Both the position numbers and the translations under genes were made by a program. DNA of 64,000 nt from a virus: IMG/VR virus record IMGVR_UViG_3300019458_000006, positions 1-64,000 of that record; one strand, given 5' to 3'. Below, piece after piece: positions 53,721 to 60,620 of the stretch; within the stretch, counting starts at the first letter, position 1; the number at the start of each line of letters is the position of its first letter. The notes under the pieces were generated by a model. The model worked only from the letters and a program-made list of their open reading frames with translations. It did no database searches and was not told the origin of the DNA.

Positions 53721-54746
53721 ATGTTTATTAAGTCCGAGGACAAGATTTATGAGATCATTAAGGCGGGCAGCTGGTCAGGACTGGCCGAGAGAAATATGGA
53801 AGAGATCCAGAACCCGGTCAATCTCTGGAGCGGGCCTAAGCGGACGCTGGCCCAGCACCAGCAGGTACTGGCTTTCTTTGAGTGGAGCTACCAGACACAC
53901 AAAAACGAGGCTCAGGTCAACTGGTTCCTGAACGACACGGAGGGACGCTGGGAGCCGCTGGTGCTTCCCCAGCAGGGCCGCGGGCTGCACGTTAGCCTGT
54001 TGCAGGATCACCCGAACTACATCCCCACCTTCCAGCGGCTAGGGACCGGCTGGTCGCCGCAAGGGACCGACCATCACCATTGTTCTGCCCCAGCCTTTCA
54101 GTCGGGCACTGATTTTGGCGACGAAAAGACCAAGGAGGGGTTACATATCACAATCGGCGGGATAGGGAGCGATAAGTACAGCATCCACGCCCGTTCCAGC
54201 TTCCGACACACCATCCGCCCGGTGAGGCTGTCTCAGTGGTATGAGCTGCCGGAGTGGGCCGTGAGCCTGCCCCTGAACCTGCAGGACACGATCCTGGAAC
54301 ATCTCCTCACCACCCCAGCCAAGGACGCGGCCTTCCCGGAGTGGTGGAAAGAGAACGTGATTCCCTTTCGCCAGGTCGCGGTCACGCACACGCCGCTATA
54401 CAGAGCGTCCTACTCGCTGCCAACGACAACGCGGTATCCGGCGAAGGAGGACCGGCTGGCGGCGGCGCTCAAGGAGATCGCCGAGGAGCGGCACTGGACG
54501 CTGAAGGAATTTCGCGAGTGGGTGAACGCCATGCTGGAATGCAAGGCCACCTGCGACTTGTTCCGGGCCCTGGACAGCACATTTTGCGACCTCCGGGAGG
54601 CCGCGGACGTGCTGGAGGACATGATCGCTGAGGGGGTTGGTCTGGAATATAATCGCGACGAGGGCGACCTAGAGTTGGCCGCCTTGGAAGAGACGTGGGC
54701 GACTGGCGGAGAGTTGGCCCAGGGGCTAACCCAGGAAAGCCGCTAG
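53721..54746 (+). CDS. JAB/MPN+ (JAMM) metallopeptidase domain protein
   Basis: GTDHHHCSAPAFQSGTD fits HxH-x7-S-xx-D exactly, with an upstream Glu (THKNEAQV). The ATG at 53721 has a GGAG upstream. Confidence 0.7.
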   Translation: MFIKSEDKIYEIIKAGSWSGLAERNMEEIQNPVNLWSGPKRTLAQHQQVLAFFEWSYQTHKNEAQVNWFLNDTEGRWEPLVLPQQGRGLHVSLLQDHPNYIPTFQRLGTGWSPQGTDHHHCSAPAFQSGTDFGDEKTKEGLHITIGGIGSDKYSIHARSSFRHTIRPVRLSQWYELPEWAVSLPLNLQDTILEHLLTTPAKDAAFPEWWKENVIPFRQVAVTHTPLYRASYSLPTTTRYPAKEDRLAAALKEIAEERHWTLKEFREWVNAMLECKATCDLFRALDSTFCDLREAADVLEDMIAEGVGLEYNRDEGDLELAALEETWATGGELAQGLTQESR

Positions 54747-54814
54747 CATACCCTCGACCACCCGCCCTGAGGGAAACCTTAGGGCGGAGACTCCTGGGAT
54801 TGTCGGTACAGCTA

Positions 54815-54843
54815 TTGACTGCCAGGAAATCGGTGACTACAGT
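54815..54843 (+). promoter_or_regulatory. sigma70-like promoter (TTGACT-N17-TACAGT)
   Basis: Same architecture as 46634-46662. It is followed by GTAGCGAGCACGC, a half copy of the palindromic element. Confidence 0.5.
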
Positions 54844-54916
54844 AGCGAGCACGCACCGCACAGGCGGCTTGCTTGGGCCACCATTCGTCACACCCTTTCT
54901 CACTAAGGAGGCTCCC

Positions 54917-55363
54917 TTGCCTACCGCTGCTCAGAAGAAACGCCTACACGACACGCGGGAGTATTTCCGCGAGAAGCTGCTCACGGTTGTGAATGATGTC
55001 GAGGAGGCCTGGCCGACGCTCCAGACCCGTTTCGGGATCAATCGCAGCCAATGGTCCCCGCTGAAACGTCAGCTCGGTGAAATACTGGCCGCCGCCAGGA
55101 AACACAATGGCAAGGTGGTAGCTAGTGATCCAGAGGACACGCCTCCTCTATTTAGCGAGCCGGAGGAAATCGTCATCCCCGCGGATATGCCTGTGGCTGC
55201 TAAGTCCGCCTTTAATGTTTTACTGGCCAGAAATGGGCAGCTAGCTAATGAAGTGCGGGCCAGGGATGTGGAGATCGCCGCCATGCGTGGCGTGATCGCC
55301 AGCAACACCAAGCGGATCAACACGCTCCGGGGTGCCCTTAAGGACGTGATCGACGCAATATAA
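54917..55363 (+). CDS. hypothetical coiled-coil protein (TTG start)
   Basis: A TAAGGAGG Shine-Dalgarno lies 6 nt before the TTG at 54917. The track's longer ORF would overlap the JAB gene and run across a promoter. Confidence 0.5.
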   Translation: MPTAAQKKRLHDTREYFREKLLTVVNDVEEAWPTLQTRFGINRSQWSPLKRQLGEILAAARKHNGKVVASDPEDTPPLFSEPEEIVIPADMPVAAKSAFNVLLARNGQLANEVRARDVEIAAMRGVIASNTKRINTLRGALKDVIDAI

Positions 55364-55434
55364 GCCAGCCTGGCGAGCTGTGCTCGCGCTAGCCAGCTGG
55401 CGCAGCGCCGGCGAGCACTCCACGCTCGCGCTAG
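55364..55434 (+). repeat. two tandem diverged copies (D1, D2) of the palindromic element, intergenic
   Basis: GCCAGCCTGGCGAGC-TGT-GCTCGCGCTAG and CCAGCTGGCGCAGCGCCGGCGAGCACTCCACGCTCGCGCTAG. Confidence 0.75.
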
Positions 55435-55453
55435 AAAGGGGCTTGTAGGTGCT

Positions 55454-55526
55454 GTGGTAGTAGCTCAAACGATTAGAGCGCTAGATGGTGAATCTAGAGG
55501 TGCGGATTCAACTTCCGCCTGCCACC
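55454..55526 (+). tRNA. tRNA-like gene (cloverleaf folds by hand; anticodon position reads GUG/His) with several non-canonical positions
   Basis: Hand fold: acceptor GTGGTAG/CTGCCAC (7 bp, one G-U), D stem GCTC/GAGC, anticodon stem CTAGA/TCTAG with loop TGGTGAA, variable loop AGGT, T stem GCGGA/TCCGC with loop TTCAACT, discriminator C. Deviations: G rather than U at position 33, A at 19, and A53-U61. Confidence 0.45.
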
Positions 55527-55611
55527 CTTGTGAACGAGGCCGGCTATACCGGGATGAATCCAGCCGTTGTTCGTTTTTTCGTCACATCGTCACCGCTAGG
55601 AGTATTTCTCA

Positions 55612-55914
55612 ATGGCCGATGTAATCAACCTGGAGCGGGCCCCTAGGCCTGAATTCACCGACCGCCAGATCAGCTTCGCTAAGAAACTAATTGGGATTGG
55701 ACTGGCCCGACTCACCATCGCCTCGCTGGTCCTGGGAATCGACTCACCCTCCCTTAACCACGCCCAGATCACCTCGTCCAACCGGATGATCTCCAAGGCG
55801 TACAAGGAGCTGGGGTATACCATCACCGACGCTCGGCATGGGGCTAGCCCCCAGACGGCCGCGGCGATCAATGCCTGCGCTCGTGAACTGCGAGTCCGGG
55901 TCCGGATTGCCTAG
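55612..55914 (+). CDS. hypothetical protein
   Basis: 100-aa ORF. Confidence 0.55.
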   Translation: MADVINLERAPRPEFTDRQISFAKKLIGIGLARLTIASLVLGIDSPSLNHAQITSSNRMISKAYKELGYTITDARHGASPQTAAAINACARELRVRVRIA

Positions 55915-55922
55915 GAGCACCT

Positions 55923-56156
55923 ATGAACAGCAAGAAGCCCAAGACCCGCGTAGAGCTGATGCTGCGGGTCCCGCCGTGGTTGAGATACGCCGTCAATGAG
56001 ATGGCCTACAGCCGCCGCATGTCCGCCAATCAGCTTTGCCTGAACGCCCTCACGGCCCTCATTTCTCCGAAGGATCGCTATGTTGCTGAGCAGCACGTTC
56101 TTAGCCAAGATCGAAGCCAGCGGCCGGAGAGCCGCCCAGAGCGCAATTCCGCTTGA
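55923..56156 (+). CDS. small RHH/Arc-like DNA-binding protein
   Basis: VELMLRVPPWLRYAVNEMAYSRRMSANQLCLNAL has a beta-alpha-alpha pattern. Confidence 0.45.
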   Translation: MNSKKPKTRVELMLRVPPWLRYAVNEMAYSRRMSANQLCLNALTALISPKDRYVAEQHVLSQDRSQRPESRPERNSA

Positions 56157-56292
56157 ACAGTGTCCGTTTACGTCTAGAACCCTCAAGGAGGCTTGGGAGA
56201 TGGGCTGGTTTTCTGGCCGCCCTCAGGCCTTAGAAAGCAGTCCCCATGTCAGATCAAGCCAGTCGGACCGCCAAGATTACCCGGATCAGTGA
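56080..56292 (+). CDS. Rmf/CrpP-fold small protein
   Basis: GRRAAQSAIPLEQCPFTSRTLKEAWEMGWFSG matches the G..A..G....CP.......W..GW signature. The start is uncertain because it overlaps both neighbours. Confidence 0.45.
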   Translation: MLLSSTFLAKIEASGRRAAQSAIPLEQCPFTSRTLKEAWEMGWFSGRPQALESSPHVRSSQSDRQDYPDQ

Positions 56293-57109
56293 CGGCGACA
56301 AGACCATCACCACCAAGGACGGCACGATCCTCTCGATTATCGAGGGAGATTTTGCCGACGGGTCGCTCTGGTCACATTACTGCCCACAAAGCAAGGCCCA
56401 GCAAGCGAAGAGCGACCTCCAAGCCCTGGTGGGGGTTGAGGGGTTGTTTGTGTTGGTTTCTCAGGGTGAATACCAAGGGAAAAAGAAATGGAAGGTATCC
56501 GCCTGGCCAGGTAGGCCACAGCGAGCGCCATATCAGGGAGGTGGGCGGCACGGCAGCAGTGAAGGGAGTGGATTCATCCCTCGCTACCGGGATAGCCTGG
56601 ATGGGTTTAATGACGAGGGAGCCAGGATTGCTCGCTCCGTGGCCCTCCAGCAGGCGGTAGCCTTCTGCGATGAGCAGGACGCCATCCTGCCGCTGGCCGA
56701 CAAGTTCTACGACTGGCTGATACAGGCCCTCCCCGCCCGGCCAGTCCCTCCCATTATCCAGGATCTCCAACAGATGATCCCTGGGATCCATACCGGAGCT
56801 GACATGAAAGGTACGGCCCAAAAGGCGGCCGACACCATTGCCAAGGCCGCCGGGGAGGCGAACGCGACACTGCTGAACAAGTGCCGAGCTGGTGTCGCTG
56901 AGCGGTACGACGAAAAGGCGATTTCCCCAGAGGAACGAGATGATTTGGAGATCGCCCTGCTCGTTGCTGAGCTGACTATCGCCAAGCAGACGGAGATCGA
57001 AGCCTCCGGCAAAACCTGCCGCGAAATATACGCCTCCCTGCTGGCCAAATCCGTGGCGGAGCAGAGGAAGCTACATCCAGACGTCCAGGAAGCACTGGAC
57101 AGATTCTAG
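56246..57109 (+). CDS. hypothetical protein
   Basis: 287-aa ORF. Confidence 0.6.
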   Translation: MSDQASRTAKITRISDGDKTITTKDGTILSIIEGDFADGSLWSHYCPQSKAQQAKSDLQALVGVEGLFVLVSQGEYQGKKKWKVSAWPGRPQRAPYQGGGRHGSSEGSGFIPRYRDSLDGFNDEGARIARSVALQQAVAFCDEQDAILPLADKFYDWLIQALPARPVPPIIQDLQQMIPGIHTGADMKGTAQKAADTIAKAAGEANATLLNKCRAGVAERYDEKAISPEERDDLEIALLVAELTIAKQTEIEASGKTCREIYASLLAKSVAEQRKLHPDVQEALDRF

Positions 57110-57138
57110 TTCTCGTCGTCACCTCAGGAGAATTCTGA

Positions 57139-57312
57139 ATGGGTACTGCCATTGCCGAGCCGCGTCACAGCGCGGCCCCTAAAATCGAGATGCCCGACGA
57201 GGAGGTCTATGACATCTCCAGCCTGGGAGGCGGAATCGTCCTCAAGCACCGAGAGACCATCGAACTAAAGGTGGAGAAGGCGGCTGATTTTCTAAACCAC
57301 TCAGAGTTTTGA
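57139..57312 (+). CDS. 57-aa hypothetical protein, possibly a detached N-terminal part of the ParB-like gene
   Basis: Own translation: MGTAIAEPRHSAAPKIEMPDEEVYDISSLGGGIVLKHRETIELKVEKAADFLNHSEF. Confidence 0.35.
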   Translation: MGTAIAEPRHSAAPKIEMPDEEVYDISSLGGGIVLKHRETIELKVEKAADFLNHSEF

Positions 57313-57374
57313 ATTAATGACGTTAAGGTGGATCGGCCTGTGGCCGAACATCCGTCATCCATCTCGCCCGCGAA

Positions 57375-58826
57375 ATGCTCTCTGGCAACTTCCGCTGGGA
57401 GCAGGTCAATCTGGCCGTGGCTCATGTCAACGGCCAAATCTATCGCATGAACGGGCAGCACACCTGCTTTCCGGCAGGGACAAAAATACGCCTGGCCGAC
57501 GGGACGCTTAAGCCAATTGAGCACGTCACGCTCATGGACAACGTCCTTACTGCCGAGGGGCGGTGCCGTGGTGTAAGGCAGGTCCATTCAATGCCGCACG
57601 TCGGGCACCTCTGCCGAGTGCGGCTCTGGGGTCACGCGCACCTCCGCTGCACCCCCAATCACGAGATTCTTACCAGGCGTGGATACGTCTCGGCAGATTC
57701 ATTAACATCTGATGACCATGTGAAAGTGCCGCGATATGCCCCGCAGTGGGCGTCTGTCATCACGACAGCCGAGCACGTAAGCGGATCGTCCGCAGCAAGC
57801 CGGGCCAAAAGCACAACCTTTCCAGCCTCTAGCTTTTCACACGGCGGCCGGGTGAATCACAAGCCGGTCCCGGATGCAATTAAACTTGACAATGACTTTG
57901 GGCGACTGATTTGGCTTGCGCCATCCATACACCAAGAACTCACTAAGAACAGGCCAGTCTGGAAGGTGACGGTGGCCGTAGCGACGCTAGGAACTAGGCA
58001 CCAGGGCCTCCCGGAGGTGGATTCCGACTCCACCTGGCGCAGGGTGCGGGCAATCGATAAAGAGAAATTTGCCGGCCTAGTGTACGACCTTGGCGTGGAC
58101 GAAGATCACTCGTACGTCGCTGAAGGGATTGGCGTGCATAACTGCTGGGCGCGTATCCAGGCCGATGAGGAGGGCCTCAGCAAAAAGACCCGCTGCCCAG
58201 TCCAGATGCTCCAGTACCAATGCAAGACCGTGGAGGACGCCCGGCAGCTGTACGCCTCCCTGGATCGTGGCCGGGGCCGCGGATCGGGGCTGGTAGTCAC
58301 CTCTCTGCTGCTAGGCACCAAGGAATTTGCGGGATATACCGGCCCGCAGCTGAAGATGATGAGTGCTGGGTACGGTCTCTGGCGGTGGGATGAGGCGCAC
58401 GCACGCAAATGGCACAATGCCGATGAGCGAGCGGATATGATGAAGACCGAACATCACAAGCTAACCCTCATCGTGGGGTCGATCATCAGGGAGTCAAGGC
58501 AGCGGGACTTCAGGCACCTGAAGCGGGCGGCCGGGATTGCGGCCATGTTTGAAACCTGCAACAAGGCCCCGGCTATTGCTCGCGAGTTTTGGCTGGTGGT
58601 GCGGGACGGAATCGGCGTAACCAACAAGACCGATCCTCGCTACGCCCTGCGGGAGTACCTCAAGAACACGGCCCAGTGCAGTAGCGAAGCGGCTGGCAGC
58701 AACCTCCGCGTGGCCACCGTTGAGGACATCTACCGGGCCTGTATTCAAATGTGGAATGCCTTTCGGGCCGACAAGGAAGTTAGGCTGATCCGCATCGCCG
58801 AAGGCAACCGTCCACTAGCGCGCTAA
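57375..58826 (+). CDS. ParB/DndB(DGQHR)-like protein interrupted by an intein
   Basis: The extein junction reads ..YRMNGQHT|CWARIQ.., so the intein sits right after a DGQHR/DGxHR-like motif. Confidence 0.5.
   Translation: MLSGNFRWEQVNLAVAHVNGQIYRMNGQHTCFPAGTKIRLADGTLKPIEHVTLMDNVLTAEGRCRGVRQVHSMPHVGHLCRVRLWGHAHLRCTPNHEILTRRGYVSADSLTSDDHVKVPRYAPQWASVITTAEHVSGSSAASRAKSTTFPASSFSHGGRVNHKPVPDAIKLDNDFGRLIWLAPSIHQELTKNRPVWKVTVAVATLGTRHQGLPEVDSDSTWRRVRAIDKEKFAGLVYDLGVDEDHSYVAEGIGVHNCWARIQADEEGLSKKTRCPVQMLQYQCKTVEDARQLYASLDRGRGRGSGLVVTSLLLGTKEFAGYTGPQLKMMSAGYGLWRWDEAHARKWHNADERADMMKTEHHKLTLIVGSIIRESRQRDFRHLKRAAGIAAMFETCNKAPAIAREFWLVVRDGIGVTNKTDPRYALREYLKNTAQCSSEAAGSNLRVATVEDIYRACIQMWNAFRADKEVRLIRIAEGNRPLAR
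57465..58142 (+). mobile_element. intein (226 aa, Cys1 ... VHN|C), no intact homing-endonuclease domain
   Basis: CFPAGTKIRLADGTLKPIEHV (block A), TPNHEILT (block B), LVYDLGVDEDHSYVAEGIGVHN|C (blocks F and G). I verified the junction codons. The segment LDNDFGRLIWLAP may be a LAGLIDADG remnant. Confidence 0.8.
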
Positions 58827-58836
58827 AAGGAGTCGT

Positions 58837-59076
58837 TTGATGCGACGGACGAAAGTTTCCCCGGAGGATCGCACGCGGCTCCTCTCGCTCAAGTTCCTAG
58901 AGGAAAGCAACTGCCGGCTCTGCAATTGCGCCGAGTGCGGCATCGAGCTACTCTCGGCCGTGAGCCGGATGAAATACTTCCTCACCAAGCCCAAGGGGGT
59001 GGAGTTTCCTCCGGCCGTTGCCGGACGAGCCAAGGATCGACCTTACTGTTCTAAATGCCTGCCTAATTGGAGATAA
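58837..59076 (+). CDS. Zn-finger small protein
   Basis: 79 aa with CRLCNCAEC ... CSKC. Confidence 0.5.
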   Translation: MMRRTKVSPEDRTRLLSLKFLEESNCRLCNCAECGIELLSAVSRMKYFLTKPKGVEFPPAVAGRAKDRPYCSKCLPNWR

Positions 59077-59678
59077 TAATGGCTTGCCATATGGGCCATG
59101 CTCCCTACCGACCGAGAGAAAGCACCGTCGCATCAAAACTGCCATTCAAGGTCCTGGCCTACGACACAGTGAAGGCGGATTATCACGGGCAGGTTCAAGC
59201 CATACTCAGAAAGGCGGCTGCCTCCAAGTCGGCCTCTGTCCGCGGCCTGGTTGAAACCCCACAAGGATTTACTTGGTCGGTCGCCTGGAGCCTGTGCGAC
59301 AACGCGCCGCTCACGGCGAGTCACATGGATGCGATCAGAAGCCATCTCGCCGCCAATAGCCAGTTTTACCTGAAGGCCTCTGCTATACGGGGAAGGAGCG
59401 TGACCATGGAGCCGATCCATGCCGTCCCTACCCCAGTGGCTTCCCTCTTAGAGCAAAAAGCCCGCAGGATCTATGAGAACCGCAAGTTCGCCGTAGTAAA
59501 TAACGAGGAGCCGCGACAGCTCATCGCCTCGAATAGCGAGCACTCCAGGGACATCATGGCGGCCCTCGAGGGCTGGTTGGCGACCCATCCAGGTGCCCAT
59601 GAGGGTCTGGCCACTGTCGCCAGATCTGTGATATTTCAGCTGCTTAAGTCCACCCACACCACGAACCAACATGGCTAA
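59067..59678 (+). CDS. hypothetical protein
   Basis: 203-aa ORF. Confidence 0.55.
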   Translation: MEIIMACHMGHAPYRPRESTVASKLPFKVLAYDTVKADYHGQVQAILRKAAASKSASVRGLVETPQGFTWSVAWSLCDNAPLTASHMDAIRSHLAANSQFYLKASAIRGRSVTMEPIHAVPTPVASLLEQKARRIYENRKFAVVNNEEPRQLIASNSEHSRDIMAALEGWLATHPGAHEGLATVARSVIFQLLKSTHTTNQHG

Positions 59679-59743
59679 GGCTTCTGAGGGGCGCACTGTT
59701 CTAGAGGCTCCCGCAGCCGCTAACTTAGAGTACGACCTCGGAT

Positions 59744-60538
59744 TTGCCTGGAACTGACACCTCTACACACGCAATGGAGCTGCGGGTCATGGGAAAGGAC
59801 CTTCGCAAGATCGCCCTCAGGCAGGGGCAGATCACACTGTCCGGGATGCTGGAGAGCGTCAATAACCTGCACCGCGAGGCGATCTCTGACCTGAAGGGGT
59901 CGCTCTTAAAGTTCAAGGCGGCTGGGGAGCGACTACTGGAGATGAAGGAGCAGTGCAAGCACGGGACCTTTGAGGCCCTGATCGAGAGCGACGCTTGCTG
60001 CTTCGGACTCACCGCGGCCAAACTGTACATGAAGCTGGCTGGGGGCTGGGACATCCTTATGGAACTGCTGGGGCCGGGGAACCTGTATACCCTGAGCCTG
60101 GCTGCCGCCGTCAGAAAAATCCCCAGCCAGCGACGAGAGCCTAAAAAAGAAAGCCCGCCGCTGCCGCCTATAGCAGCGTCCGCTGATCGTGACACTTGCT
60201 TTAAAGGAGGGAAGCATGTGTGGGAAGGCGACCCAGAGCTGGAGGGAGAATATTGCGCCAAGTGCCACGAGCGACGACCCGATGTACGGGATGCCGCTGA
60301 CGAGGGTACTGAGGAACATCCTGGCGATCCGGGGGGACAGGGAGCTGAAGAGGAAGCTGCTCAGGGCCTGGCTGTGGGGGGATTACCAGACCTGCGAGGA
60401 CGGCTTAAGAAGGCACTCCAGGACACGACCCGCCTCATCGATGAGTACTGCCAAGCGGCGGAAGACGAGTCGCTGCGAAAAACCATGCAAGACGGCCTCC
60501 GCACGGCTTGGGAGGCGTTCCAGAGAGCACCGCCGTGA
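59744..60538 (+). CDS. DUF3102-like protein
   Basis: AAGERLLEMKEQCKHGTFEALIESDACCFGLTAAKLYMKLAG resembles the DUF3102 core. Confidence 0.5.
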   Translation: MPGTDTSTHAMELRVMGKDLRKIALRQGQITLSGMLESVNNLHREAISDLKGSLLKFKAAGERLLEMKEQCKHGTFEALIESDACCFGLTAAKLYMKLAGGWDILMELLGPGNLYTLSLAAAVRKIPSQRREPKKESPPLPPIAASADRDTCFKGGKHVWEGDPELEGEYCAKCHERRPDVRDAADEGTEEHPGDPGGQGAEEEAAQGLAVGGLPDLRGRLKKALQDTTRLIDEYCQAAEDESLRKTMQDGLRTAWEAFQRAPP

Positions 60539-60620
60539 CAACCTGGGAAATACTCGGAACGGTGAGGGGATCGTTTGAGAGAGCTATTGAGCTGGCCTCC
60601 AAGTAGTCTAGAGATCGGGA

